This document shows positions 29,195 to 37,754 of a DNA stretch of 64,000 bases, piece by piece; within the stretch, counting starts at the first letter, position 1; every line of letters starts with the position of its first letter. The notes under the pieces were generated by a model. It saw nothing but the letters and a program-made list of their open reading frames with translations, was not told the origin of the DNA and searched no databases. The DNA comes from a virus. Lineage: Duplodnaviria; Caudoviricetes. The position numbers were made by a program, and so were the translations under genes. The stretch lies in the IMG/VR virus record IMGVR_UViG_644736339_000001. The stretch is one strand, 5' to 3'.

Positions 29195-29244
29195 ATGAAC
29201 CTCCTGCGGAGCTGTTCAGGTGGACGGCGGTGGGGCGGCGTTGG

Positions 29245-29517
29245 TCAGTCCATGCACTCGTTAAGGATTGCGACCGAAATACCGGTGGCTGCCAGCCCGG
29301 CAATCGTCTTGAAGTCCCACGCCGCGGCGTCGAGGAAGCCGAGGGCGGTGGCGGTCATGACGAGCTTGCGGACGGTGGCTTCCGGGCCGACGATGTGCGC
29401 TGATGCGCCCCGAACCCGAATCGCGGCCTTGCGGCGCCACGCGGCGAAGCCCCGCTTGGCCGGCGTCCAGCGGTTCACTGGCGGCCGGGTATGGGCTCCG
29501 ACGGTTGCTGTGGTCAC
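29245..29517 (-). CDS. small membrane protein between terminase and portal
   Basis: Two hydrophobic segments; conserved genomic slot in siphoviruses. Confidence 0.6.
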   Translation of the reverse strand: MTTATVGAHTRPPVNRWTPAKRGFAAWRRKAAIRVRGASAHIVGPEATVRKLVMTATALGFLDAAAWDFKTIAGLAATGISVAILNECMD

Positions 29518-30968
29518 TTCACCACCCTGATTCCGGGCTTGGGTACCGACGGCGTGTAGAACGCCAACAGAAGCGCGTCGGCGTTGTCGGGGGAGCGCCC
29601 GATCCGCTTCTTCGTCTCTTCCTTCTTCTCCACAACGATCCGGCCCGAGGCGTCAAGGTCGTACTTGGGGGCGGTCAGCTGCGACACGAGACGGTCTCGG
29701 TCTGTGGTGTCGAGTTGCGACAGGTCCCAGCCGCCGTCTTCGGAAAGTTTCCGGCCGACTTCCCACCAGATCTGCGACCGCAGCCGGGCATACTTTTCCG
29801 GCTGGGTGGATGCCTCACTAACGTTGACGCCCACGACCTCGGCAGTGTGCAGACCCTGCTTGCGTCGCGCCTGGAGAGACCCGACGATGCCCCAGCCGAT
29901 GCCGATCGAGTCGACTTTCACCTTGGTGGCGCCGGTTTCCCGGATGGCCCGGACGATGTGGTCGACGACCTTTTCGGAGTCCTTCTCGCGGTTGCGCCAT
30001 TCGCGTCCGGCGGCGATGCCGCGGCGTTCCCGGATGCAGGTCTCGTCGCCGCCGGCGCCGAGGTCTACTCCAAGCTCGACCGGCACTAGACGGTCGGGGG
30101 CGTAGGGATGGACGGGTTCGCGGGTGCAGGCCATCAACTTCGATAGCCGGACCACGCCGTCGGAGGCGTCAGAGGGGAACTCGGCGTCGACTTTCGACAG
30201 GTAGATGGGGGATTCGGGCCCAAACTCCTCGGCCATGTCCAGCACGTAGGCCTGAGATACCAGCATGTCGGCAAGGTCGTCGGGGACTTCTTCGCCGGTG
30301 AAGTTCGGCGTGTCCCTGGCCGCAATCTTGATCATATTCCAGCGGTCGGACTTGCAGACCTGCGCGAAGTGCGATCCGGGATCGTCAGGGTTGCCGATGG
30401 CAAGGATGCGGCAGTGCACGCCGGTGGCGATTGCCAGTGCCGCGGTCCAGAACTGCTTGGAGATCCCGCAGGCCTCGTCAAGGATAACGAGGACGTACTT
30501 GGCGTGGATGCCTTGGAACGCGTGCGGGTTGTAGTCTGACGGCTTGCGTCCGAACGCGACCAGGAACTTGTCGTACTTCCAGTCGGTCTCGTTAATGCGT
30601 CCCGGAAGCGGGGTGCCACGGGCCTCAGCCTTCGCGAACGCCTTGTTGATCTCGGCCCACAGGATGGCCTTGACCTGGTCACCGGTCGGCGCCGTAGTGA
30701 CTACGAACGCCTCGCCAGGGGGGTGGGTGTCCAGCCACCACGCGGTCAGCCGGGACGCTACAAACGACTTGCCTGTCCCGTGGCAGCTCTGAACTGCGGT
30801 GAGTCGCTGGTCTCGTACAGAAGTGGCGATGTCGACCTGGCGGGACCACAGATACTCGCCGAGCTTGTCATCGACCCAGCGTGCCGGGTCGGCAAGGTAG
30901 GCTTCTGCAGTTTCCGCGTCCTCGGCGGCGTCTTCGATCCGGTCGGCGGCGAGCAGCAGCGCGTCCAT
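29514..30968 (-). CDS. terminase large subunit
   Basis: Walker A SCHGTGKS, Walker B VILDEA, nuclease motifs LGVDLG and SPDNADAL. Confidence 0.93.
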   Translation of the reverse strand: MDALLLAADRIEDAAEDAETAEAYLADPARWVDDKLGEYLWSRQVDIATSVRDQRLTAVQSCHGTGKSFVASRLTAWWLDTHPPGEAFVVTTAPTGDQVKAILWAEINKAFAKAEARGTPLPGRINETDWKYDKFLVAFGRKPSDYNPHAFQGIHAKYVLVILDEACGISKQFWTAALAIATGVHCRILAIGNPDDPGSHFAQVCKSDRWNMIKIAARDTPNFTGEEVPDDLADMLVSQAYVLDMAEEFGPESPIYLSKVDAEFPSDASDGVVRLSKLMACTREPVHPYAPDRLVPVELGVDLGAGGDETCIRERRGIAAGREWRNREKDSEKVVDHIVRAIRETGATKVKVDSIGIGWGIVGSLQARRKQGLHTAEVVGVNVSEASTQPEKYARLRSQIWWEVGRKLSEDGGWDLSQLDTTDRDRLVSQLTAPKYDLDASGRIVVEKKEETKKRIGRSPDNADALLLAFYTPSVPKPGIRVVK

Positions 30969-30983
30969 GGGCGCCCCCGTCGG

Positions 30984-31718
30984 CTATACCGCGCGCAGTC
31001 GACGTGCGGCGACCTGCTTGGCCTCGGTCGCGACCTTCCCGGTGACCCCGGCGTGAGCGAGCGCGGCATCGATGGCAGCGATAACCCGCTCCGCCTGGGA
31101 TTCGGTGATCTTCGCTAAACGCTCGTCAATTCCGAGACGTCCGTAGTCTGCGAGGAACTTGCCAAGCCGGTCCATGGACCGTTCGTACAGGGAGACTTCG
31201 GCGCGCAGCTGTTCGCCGGCGCCGGCCTGGTAGCGGATGCCGCGGTTCTTGGCGTTGCCGCCTTCGCGGTCCCGCCGCTCTTCCGCGTCGTCGAAGTCCT
31301 CAAGCAGCTTCTCGACGCGACCCTGCAGCAGTTCCATCCACGCCCGCGCCCGCCCAGCCAGGTTCGCCAGTTCGGTGAGCGGGTTGTCCACCGGCGCGCC
31401 AACCAGGGTTGCAGCCTGCTCCATTAGCTCGGCCTCCACGATGCGCCTTGCCGCGGCCACTTTCGCCTGCGGGGCACTGCCGCCGTGCTTGGCGCAGACG
31501 GTTTGGCCCGGAAGGGCACCCTTGCGGCAGCGCTCTCCAGCAAACTCCGGGTGAGATATGCCGCTGATGCGACCTGTGCAGCGTCGGCCGTCCTCACCAT
31601 GGGCTACGCAGGTCTCGTAGCCGGCACGTGCCCACCGCCCGCATTGGCTGCCATCGCGGTTGACACCTGTACAGCGGCGGTCGTCCGGCATAGATGGGGC
31701 ACCCAAGCCGTTCACCAC
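30984..31718 (-). CDS. terminase small subunit (CxxHGG motif)
   Basis: RRCTG..C..CAKHGG repeats; directly upstream of TerL. Confidence 0.7.
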   Translation of the reverse strand: MVNGLGAPSMPDDRRCTGVNRDGSQCGRWARAGYETCVAHGEDGRRCTGRISGISHPEFAGERCRKGALPGQTVCAKHGGSAPQAKVAAARRIVEAELMEQAATLVGAPVDNPLTELANLAGRARAWMELLQGRVEKLLEDFDDAEERRDREGGNAKNRGIRYQAGAGEQLRAEVSLYERSMDRLGKFLADYGRLGIDERLAKITESQAERVIAAIDAALAHAGVTGKVATEAKQVAARRLRAV

Positions 31719-31763
31719 CCTTGCTCGCCGGTCGCAGTGTCGCCGTCGTCGCTGACGGGCGGT

Positions 31764-32381
31764 TCAGGACTCGCGCCGGAAGACGATCACAAATCCGGGG
31801 TCGATGGCGTACAGCAGCCGGTACCGCAGCGCCCCGGACTCGGTGTCGATGGCAAGCACGCCGTCGGCGTAGGCGACGCCGGCGAGCCCGTGGTGGCGCA
31901 GCAGCGCGATATCAACCGCGATGACCTCGGGCGCTTCGACGATCCGGACGGTGCCGTCGCGGTCCTGCTCGATAGTGAGGTCCCCGGCGGGAATGAGGTC
32001 GCCGGTCCAGGGGTGTTCGCGCGCCCAGTCGAGGACGTCGTCGGCAAGGGTGCTCGGCGCGGCGCCGACCACAGAAGCGGGCGTCGTGGGTCCGATGAAC
32101 TGGGTCTCGGCTTCGGCCCAGGCGATGGAGCCCTGGTCGTATTCGGCGGCAAGTTCAGCCAGGTCGCGGCGCAGCCGCGCGGTAGTTTCGCTGCCGATCT
32201 CGAACGCGACGCACGCGTTCTGCCACGGGTCGGCGCCGGGGGAAGTCCAGTCGCCGTAGATCCGGAGCGAGTGGCTGCGGACCGCGGCGGTGAACTTGCC
32301 GTGGAACTCGGACCATCTGGCCTGGGTGAGCTTGTCATCGGAGTTGCCGATGCTGGCGTAGACGGTGTGGGTGTCGGCCAT
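31764..32381 (-). CDS. hypothetical phage protein
   Basis: YASIGNSDDKLTQARWSEF..PWQNAC motif; ATG 32381 coupled. Confidence 0.65.
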   Translation of the reverse strand: MADTHTVYASIGNSDDKLTQARWSEFHGKFTAAVRSHSLRIYGDWTSPGADPWQNACVAFEIGSETTARLRRDLAELAAEYDQGSIAWAEAETQFIGPTTPASVVGAAPSTLADDVLDWAREHPWTGDLIPAGDLTIEQDRDGTVRIVEAPEVIAVDIALLRHHGLAGVAYADGVLAIDTESGALRYRLLYAIDPGFVIVFRRES

Positions 32382-32647
32382 CAGGTGGTCGCTCCGCGTC
32401 GGGAGCGTCCGTTGCGCCGCAGTCCGGCTTCGCGCCGTTCGGTCTCGGTCATCTCGGCGACAGCGGTCCGGTAGGTGCCGCTCTCGGGATCGACCTGGCC
32501 GAGGTCCGGGCGTCCCGGGCCGGCAGAGACCCACGCGAGTCCGCCAACGCCGTTGGCGCGGACGGAGTGAGTGACGATGCCGTACCGCACTGCCTGCAGC
32601 GCGTCGACATCGGGGTGTTCTTCAGCGGATCGGCCAGAGAGGGTCAT
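32381..32647 (-). CDS. hypothetical protein
   Basis: Coupled to both neighbours. Confidence 0.45.
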   Translation of the reverse strand: MTLSGRSAEEHPDVDALQAVRYGIVTHSVRANGVGGLAWVSAGPGRPDLGQVDPESGTYRTAVAEMTETERREAGLRRNGRSRRGATT

Positions 32648-33171
32648 TCCGAATGCCTCCAAGTCTGCGCATCAAGGCGGCGCGCAAGCATCGCCGGCGT
32701 CACACAGGACGGGTCGCCTTGCCCGCACGACCAGTCCAACCCGGCGTACTGCCCTGCTTGCACAGCAAGCTCAGAGCACATGACGGACCGCCGGGCCCGT
32801 TCGAACCATGCGAGGATTCGCCACCGCAAGCCGAGGCATCGCAGCCCGTCAACGGCGTCGGCGGTCCAGGCGTAGGGTTCGCCGCGTTTCGAGGACGCGT
32901 ACTCGGCGACGGCAGCACGCTGCATATCGGTCATGGGCTCGGCGGTGTTGTACTCGATACGGCAGCCGGCGTATTCGGAGACGTCGCGGATACGGACGCC
33001 ACCGGGTTCGGCTTCGACGATCTGCCCGTCGCCGATGGAGATGAAAACGTGGTCCGCCCAGCTTTTTGTCAACGCGCGGATCATGAACGGTACGAAGCCG
33101 CCGGTCTTGACGCAGCCGTACACGCCGACCGGGGGAAGTCCGCGGCGGAACACGGTCTCGGACGGCGCCAC
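32644..33171 (-). CDS. permuted papain-like NlpC/P60 amidase (YiiX/YaeF family)
   Basis: His precedes Cys: WADHVFI..IVEAEPGGV..GEPY..MCSELA. Confidence 0.8.
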   Translation of the reverse strand: MAPSETVFRRGLPPVGVYGCVKTGGFVPFMIRALTKSWADHVFISIGDGQIVEAEPGGVRIRDVSEYAGCRIEYNTAEPMTDMQRAAVAEYASSKRGEPYAWTADAVDGLRCLGLRWRILAWFERARRSVMCSELAVQAGQYAGLDWSCGQGDPSCVTPAMLARRLDAQTWRHSE

Positions 33172-33180
33172 CGCGACCCC

Positions 33181-33429
33181 CTACTCGGTCGCGTACTCCA
33201 CCGCCGGCGGCGGCACCTCGCGCACGACCAGCTCGGCCAGGTCCGCCACGATCGCGATGTCCGGATCGACGACGGTCAGCGTCGCAGTGACGGGTCCAGG
33301 GTTGTTCACGTCCAGCGGCGCGATCTCCACGCGCGTCACGCAGGTGAGCTGCTGGTTATCGACCCAGACTTGCGCCATCGATGCGGGTCCGCCGGGGTGG
33401 ACGATGCGGATCTTCGGGCCGTCAACCAC
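33181..33429 (-). CDS. small beta-rich hypothetical protein
   Basis: Coupled ORF with typical codon usage. Confidence 0.55.
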   Translation of the reverse strand: MVDGPKIRIVHPGGPASMAQVWVDNQQLTCVTRVEIAPLDVNNPGPVTATLTVVDPDIAIVADLAELVVREVPPPAVEYATE

Positions 33430-33710
33430 TACTTCGCCGGCTCCGCGGCCGTGCTCACGTCCGCCGCGACTTCCCTGGCGACGGACTGCACGTCCTGCTC
33501 GGCTTCGGCAACGACAGGTGCGGCGGCGGTCTTGGCGTCGTGCGCGACCTGCTCGGCGTCGGACTTCACTTCGGCCTCGACCGCGGGCAGGTGGCCGGTG
33601 AGCTCGTTGAACCAGGCACGGAACTCCGCGGCGAGCGCATGCTCCCGCTCCTCAAGCTGCGTGATTAGCGCGTGACCCTTGGCCTCGAGCTCGACCAGCG
33701 CAGCCTTCAT
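33429..33710 (-). CDS. small Ala/Glu-rich helical protein
   Basis: ATG 33710 just after the upstream stop. Confidence 0.55.
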   Translation of the reverse strand: MKAALVELEAKGHALITQLEEREHALAAEFRAWFNELTGHLPAVEAEVKSDAEQVAHDAKTAAAPVVAEAEQDVQSVAREVAADVSTAAEPAK

Positions 33711-33721
33711 GGCACCCACGG

Positions 33722-34315
33722 CTACGCCGGGGGGTTGTCGTCGCGCGGAACCGGCTGCCCGAAGACCGCGCCGACGCTGGTTGCCGCGCCCGGGTCGATC
33801 TGCACGGTCACCGGCGCCATCGCCTTGCCGTTCACGTCGGTGATGTTGAGGGTGAGGAGGCCGGCCTGCCCGGGGTGGGATCGCACGTTCGCCGACAGGG
33901 TGTCCTCGGCCACGGCGACCTCGCCGAGGTCGGTGTTGTCCTCGACCCACGTGAACGGGGCCACGAAGTCGCCGTTGGGGTCGGAGAAGTCGGTGGGGAC
34001 CGGCACCTTCTCGTCGTCGAATGCGGTCAGGGTAACGGTGACCATGTCGTTGTCGGGCATGGAGAAAGCCATGGGGTGTCCTTCCGTGTTGCGGGGTTCG
34101 GGTGTGCCGAAGACGGCTTCGACGGTGGCGATGGGGGCTGGCCGACTGAGCCAGTGTTCGAACCAGTCGGCAACTTCGGTAACGCGGCGGCCGATGGTCC
34201 GGGAGCTGCGGGCCGGCCGGTCTTCGATCTCTCGAGTACCGAGGCCTGTGAAGAGTGCGGTGGCGTTGGCGAGGGCGGTGGCTCGTCGCTGGTCGCGTTC
34301 AGTGCTCACCGCCAC
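33722..34315 (-). CDS. Ig-like domain protein with probable internal in-frame start (34072)
   Basis: Beta-strand pattern in the C-terminal 116 aa; internal SD GGAAGGA before ATG; duplicated AVFGxPxPR. Confidence 0.65.
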   Translation of the reverse strand: MAVSTERDQRRATALANATALFTGLGTREIEDRPARSSRTIGRRVTEVADWFEHWLSRPAPIATVEAVFGTPEPRNTEGHPMAFSMPDNDMVTVTLTAFDDEKVPVPTDFSDPNGDFVAPFTWVEDNTDLGEVAVAEDTLSANVRSHPGQAGLLTLNITDVNGKAMAPVTVQIDPGAATSVGAVFGQPVPRDDNPPA

Positions 34316-34331
34316 CCGCCTCTCTGTTTGG

Positions 34332-34700
34332 CTACTCGTCGCGTCCGTATGCCTGGTCGCGGGCGCGGCGCAGGGTACGGATCAGACGGTTGAGTTCGGA
34401 GCGAGACAACGACGGCGAGTAGGCCTCGGGCATCCAGCCCTCTTCCCACCCCACGGCCTTCTCCTCAGCCTTGCGCAGCTCGTCGCCCATCTGGGTCCAC
34501 GCTGCGATCGGCGCCTGAAGCGACACCTGGACGTTGCCGATCTTGTCGTCGCCGGCTGCGTGCCAGCGCACGTTGACGATCGGTTCGTACCAGGTACTGG
34601 CGCCGTCCATGCCGCTGCTCATCGGCTCGCCGGACGCGGCATCGCCGGTGCGTCCAACGTGTTCGATTGTTTCGGGGAAGTTGATCTGATCTTTCGGCAT
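34332..34700 (-). CDS. hypothetical actinophage protein
   Basis: LSRSELNRLIRTLRRARDQAYGRDE C-terminus. Confidence 0.65.
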   Translation of the reverse strand: MPKDQINFPETIEHVGRTGDAASGEPMSSGMDGASTWYEPIVNVRWHAAGDDKIGNVQVSLQAPIAAWTQMGDELRKAEEKAVGWEEGWMPEAYSPSLSRSELNRLIRTLRRARDQAYGRDE

Positions 34701-34749
34701 CACGCCATCTCCATCACGGAGGCCGCCCTGCGTGTGGGGCGGAGGTTTA

Positions 34750-35037
34750 TCAGGCGGCAATCCAGGTGCCGCGGATGAATCCATGTGATCCGCAAGCCCG
34801 GCACAAGAGCGACGGCTCAATGTGCAGCGGATCGAGGCTGATCACGTCCCAGCCGTACTCGGGGTTGTGCGGCTTGAACGGAACGAAGCCCGCGCACCAG
34901 TCACCGGCGGCAGTGCAATGCCACTCGGTGATGCCTGCAAGCTCGATCCCGTCGGGCATGTACGCAAGGACGTAGGCGTGGTCGTCATCGAGGTAGACAG
35001 CGCCTTCGTCGGGCGGGTCGCCGTGCATGATCGTCAC
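34750..35037 (-). CDS. DUF6527-like Zn-binding protein
   Basis: PLHIEPSLLCRACGSHGFIRG. Confidence 0.65.
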   Translation of the reverse strand: MTIMHGDPPDEGAVYLDDDHAYVLAYMPDGIELAGITEWHCTAAGDWCAGFVPFKPHNPEYGWDVISLDPLHIEPSLLCRACGSHGFIRGTWIAA

Positions 35038-35058
35038 CAGGGCTCCTTTGGCGGGGCG

Positions 35059-35244
35059 TCAGGCGTCGATCAGGTCAAGGAACTCATCGAGATCAACCGG
35101 CGCGGATTCGCGCGGGATCTCAAACTCGTCGTCAAACAGTCGCCAGTGCTGCGGGCACGACTCGTACCGTTCGATGCGGCCGACAGCGTCAGGGGTCAGG
35201 AACACCAGGCAGGCGCAGTGGTCAGTCACGGGCGCGGGATCCAC
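35059..35244 (-). CDS. small hypothetical protein
   Basis: Coupled ORF, CxC..CPQH. Confidence 0.45.
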   Translation of the reverse strand: MDPAPVTDHCACLVFLTPDAVGRIERYESCPQHWRLFDDEFEIPRESAPVDLDEFLDLIDA

Positions 35245-35390
35245 CGGTCAACCCCGGCAACGTGCAGCACGAGGAAGAACGACCCGATCAGCAGCATCGC
35301 CATCGGCGAGAACCACGCGCTGGTGTGGCTGCCGGAGCCCTGCTCGATGAAACCAAGTAGGTAGGCGACGGCGGCGAGGATCGCGAACAT
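35226..35390 (-). CDS. small two-TM membrane protein
   Basis: SD AGGAGG before ATG 35390; MFAILAAVAYLLGF..LLIGSFFLVLHV. Confidence 0.7.
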   Translation of the reverse strand: MFAILAAVAYLLGFIEQGSGSHTSAWFSPMAMLLIGSFFLVLHVAGVDRWIPRP

Positions 35391-35418
35391 GAAGGCCTCC
35401 TGATAGCTCGACGAGCTG

Positions 35419-35504
35419 CGGAGAGGGCGGGAATTGAACCCGCCGCCGGTGTCACCCGGACGACTGCTTAGCAAGCAGCTGCCTTACCGCTCGGCCACCT
35501 CTCC
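35419..35504 (-). tRNA. tRNA-Ser(GCT)
   Basis: GGAGAGG acceptor stem, anticodon arm GCTGC-TTGCTAA-GCAGT, long variable arm, T-loop TTCAATT, G discriminator; no encoded CCA. Confidence 0.9.
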
Positions 35505-35508
35505 AAGG

Positions 35509-35592
35509 CGGAAGGTAAGCGATTCGAACGCTTCACGGTGTTACCCGCCACGGTTTTCGGGACCGCTTGACACACCACATGTCGGACCTTCC
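35509..35592 (-). tRNA. atypical tRNA-Ser(CGA)
   Basis: GGAAGGT/ACCTTCC acceptor, loop CCCGAAA (C33), long variable arm, TTCGAAT T-loop; C8 and an extended D-stem. Confidence 0.75.
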
Positions 35593-35693
35593 AGGGGCGA
35601 GGAGAGCCTGATCAGTGCACCGCTCCGTGAGGGTGCGCTTCCTCGCCTTGTCCGGCGCCCTGACGGGAGCTACCCGACGGTTTCACCGGTCCG

Positions 35694-35769
35694 TGGCTCG
35701 GGTCGGATTTGAACCGACGATCTTAGGCTTATGGGGCCCACGGGGACGGCCGAACTCCCCTACCGAGCA
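35694..35769 (-). tRNA. atypical initiator-like tRNA-Met(CAT)
   Basis: 1:72 mismatch (T/C), loop CCCATAA (C33), AGATCGTCGGTTCAAATCCG as in bacterial tRNA-fMet, A discriminator. Confidence 0.8.
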
Positions 35770-35829
35770 TCGCTGTTGCGTACCTTGACGCTACGTCGGA
35801 GCGCGGTGCGATCGCACCCGGATAAACAG

Positions 35830-35855
35830 CAAGCCCACCCGTGAAGGTGGGCTTG
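35830..35855 (-). terminator. hairpin terminator/attenuator just downstream of the putative late promoter
   Basis: 10-bp stem CAAGCCCACC/GGTGGGCTTG followed by CTGTTTAT on the - strand. Confidence 0.55.
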
Positions 35856-35894
35856 GATGGCGCTCACTCGGGACACTTCACCGAGGATGTGCCC

Positions 35895-35923
35895 ATCATG
35901 AGCCAAGCGCAGGTCAGCGTCAA
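35895..35923 (-). promoter_or_regulatory. putative late-operon promoter
   Basis: TTGACG-N17-CATGAT upstream of the tRNAs and late genes. Confidence 0.6.
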
Positions 35924-36171
35924 GTTGCGGACTCCGGACCTGTTTGCGGCTCGGTTGATTGCGACCGTCGAAGGCTGTCACGCATCGACTTCTCCGCCTG
36001 CACCACTTCCCGCTCGACGAGGACATCCTCAGGAGGGTCCTGAAGCCGAACGGTCCGGACGTGCCCGTCTTTGATCCACCGGTCGATGGTGCGGCGCGAC
36101 CTGCCCGTGATGGCCATTGCCTGCTTGATGCTGATTGGACGGAACAGCGGGTCCGCCGGGTCCGGGGTCAC
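35920..36171 (-). CDS. HTH DNA-binding protein (putative late regulator)
   Basis: ISIKQAMAITGRSRRTIDRWIKDG. Confidence 0.8.
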   Translation of the reverse strand: MTPDPADPLFRPISIKQAMAITGRSRRTIDRWIKDGHVRTVRLQDPPEDVLVEREVVQAEKSMRDSLRRSQSTEPQTGPESAT

Positions 36172-36950
36172 GCCGCGGCCCGCTTCTTGAACGGCTGCGC
36201 TGCCAGTTTGACCCAGCGTTCGTACTCGTCTTCCTTAAGGAGAGTGCCGCAGTCTCGACACAGAACGTACCCAGTAGCGCGGCCCTGCCAGTCGAGTTCG
36301 TGCTCGAGCGCCATTAGGTCGCACTGCCTGCACGGGATGCCCTCGCACGGCACGGCGCGGACGTCGTCGGTGCGGGTGAGTTTGGCTGCGTGCCGGTACA
36401 GCCGGTTGAGGTCCTTGCCGAACTCCGCGGACTGCGCCGGCTCCGAATGCTCGGCGATCATCCAGTCGAAGTGGATGAGCAGAAGCCGGGTGTCGGCGGT
36501 GATAGCGGCGCCGCGACTCCGCGGTGGTGGCGCGGCGAGGTCGCGGTCGACACGGATGGCTTCTGCCCAGTAGTTGAGGACGCCGACGATGTCGTCGATG
36601 CAGAAGGTGTAGCGCTCGCGGCCGTGGATGGGGCGTCCTTTGGATCCGGAGACATGTACGGTGCCGGCTGCGGTGGCGTTCTCGACTTCGAGCATGAGCC
36701 GTGCGGCGAGTTCAGGAAAGTCAGCGAGTCCGATACGGACGTGCCGTGCGCAGGGGTTGCACCAGACGGGCTGGCCGGCGCGGGCGGTGAGTTCGTGGGG
36801 TGTGCCTTTGGTGAGGCGGGCGGTTTCGGCGCGGCGCCAGCCGGAGTTGCAGGGCCCGACACAGGCGGTCGGGGTTGGGACATTGTTCACCGCAGCGGCT
36901 CCCGTGGGGTTGTGATCTACCCTTGGTGCAGCGGTGTCGGTGTGTCGCAT
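36168..36950 (-). CDS. Zn-binding putative late transcription regulator
   Basis: CVGPC, WCNPC, PCRQC, LCRDCG; occupies the late-activator slot; true start may be GTG 36890. Confidence 0.65.
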   Translation of the reverse strand: MRHTDTAAPRVDHNPTGAAAVNNVPTPTACVGPCNSGWRRAETARLTKGTPHELTARAGQPVWCNPCARHVRIGLADFPELAARLMLEVENATAAGTVHVSGSKGRPIHGRERYTFCIDDIVGVLNYWAEAIRVDRDLAAPPPRSRGAAITADTRLLLIHFDWMIAEHSEPAQSAEFGKDLNRLYRHAAKLTRTDDVRAVPCEGIPCRQCDLMALEHELDWQGRATGYVLCRDCGTLLKEDEYERWVKLAAQPFKKRAAA

Positions 36951-37009
36951 GGTGACCAGTAGCGGATGGCGGTCTTCGCTGGTCGGCAGGTTGATCCAGA
37001 GGGTACGGC

Positions 37010-37046
37010 AAAAGGTGAGGCCCGGACCATGTGGCGGTCCGGGCCT
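37010..37046 (-). terminator. intrinsic terminator at the end of the transfer operon
   Basis: 11-bp stem AGGCCCGGACC/GGTCCGGGCCT then CACCTTTT on the - strand. Confidence 0.7.
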
Positions 37047-37069
37047 TTGTCGTTCTCGGGCGCCCCCTG

Positions 37070-37354
37070 CTAGGCCTGTTCGCCCTGGCGCCTGGAGATC
37101 GCGTCGTCCAGGTAGCCGTCCGACACCCGGCGGTGGCGGGCAGCTTCCTCGCTGTCGCCGGCCGCTGCAGCGTTCCGGCTGGAGTCCTGGAAGTCCTTGG
37201 CGAGGCGGAGGCTGAGCGCCGCCGGGTCTTCGGCTGCCAGGTTGTTGGCTTCTTCGCTGTACATCCAGTGCAAGTCCATAATGATCTCCCTAGTCGTGAG
37301 TTGGGCTGTCGTGCGCGGCACGTATCGTTCACTTCCTGAAGTATCTGGACTCAA
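37070..37354 (-). CDS. hypothetical protein
   Basis: Last ORF before the terminator; start uncertain. Confidence 0.5.
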   Translation of the reverse strand: MSPDTSGSERYVPRTTAQLTTREIIMDLHWMYSEEANNLAAEDPAALSLRLAKDFQDSSRNAAAAGDSEEAARHRRVSDGYLDDAISRRQGEQA

Positions 37355-37358
37355 ATGC

Positions 37359-37754
37359 TCAGTACCGCCAGGTCCGCCCTTTGATTTCGTTGGCGATCGC
37401 GACCAGCGTCTCGACCTGAGCTAGACGGTCGGTGCTCGGTGCGACGCCAGCAGGGATGGTCAGCAGCGCCGTCGTCGACATACGGCCGGCCATGGCGGCG
37501 ATTCGCGGCGACTGGGACGGCACCACCACCTCGTTGTAGGCAAACGTCCACCCGTCGGTGCCGATCAAGTCCAGGGCGTTGCGGGCGGAATCGACGTCGC
37601 TGTTTCGGAGCCAGTCGGCAGCGAGGCCGAATAGTTCACCTGCTTTAGCAATGTCCTGCACCTGCGCGGGCGCGTTCTGCACAGCGCGCATGCGGCGCCG
37701 GACAACGGCCGCTCCAGCGCCGGCCACGATCAGCACGGCAGCCCAATCGGTCAT
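37359..37754 (-). CDS. single-TM hypothetical protein
   Basis: ATGA overlap with the traB stop; MTDWAAVLIVAGAGAAVV. Confidence 0.65.
   Translation of the reverse strand: MTDWAAVLIVAGAGAAVVRRRMRAVQNAPAQVQDIAKAGELFGLAADWLRNSDVDSARNALDLIGTDGWTFAYNEVVVPSQSPRIAAMAGRMSTTALLTIPAGVAPSTDRLAQVETLVAIANEIKGRTWRY

Larger units (their letters stand above)
1962..36950 (-). mobile_element. siphovirus late (packaging, head, tail, lysis) module
   Basis: Canonical gene order terminase-portal-protease-capsid-neck-tail-tape measure-lysin. Confidence 0.95.

Noticed and set aside
35509-35592. tRNA-Sec (GGAAG start, long D-stem)
   Set aside because: 7-bp acceptor stem and CGA anticodon, not 8-bp and TCA
35593-35693. 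Hammerhead ribozyme in the tRNA spacer (CTGATCAG, GAAAC, GTC)
   Set aside because: Core is CUGAUCA rather than CUGANGA, and stems I-III cannot be formed convincingly
35419-35769. tRNAs as host attB/integration boundary
   Set aside because: They lie inside the late transcription unit; no adjacent integrase and no duplicated tRNA 3' end was seen in the window
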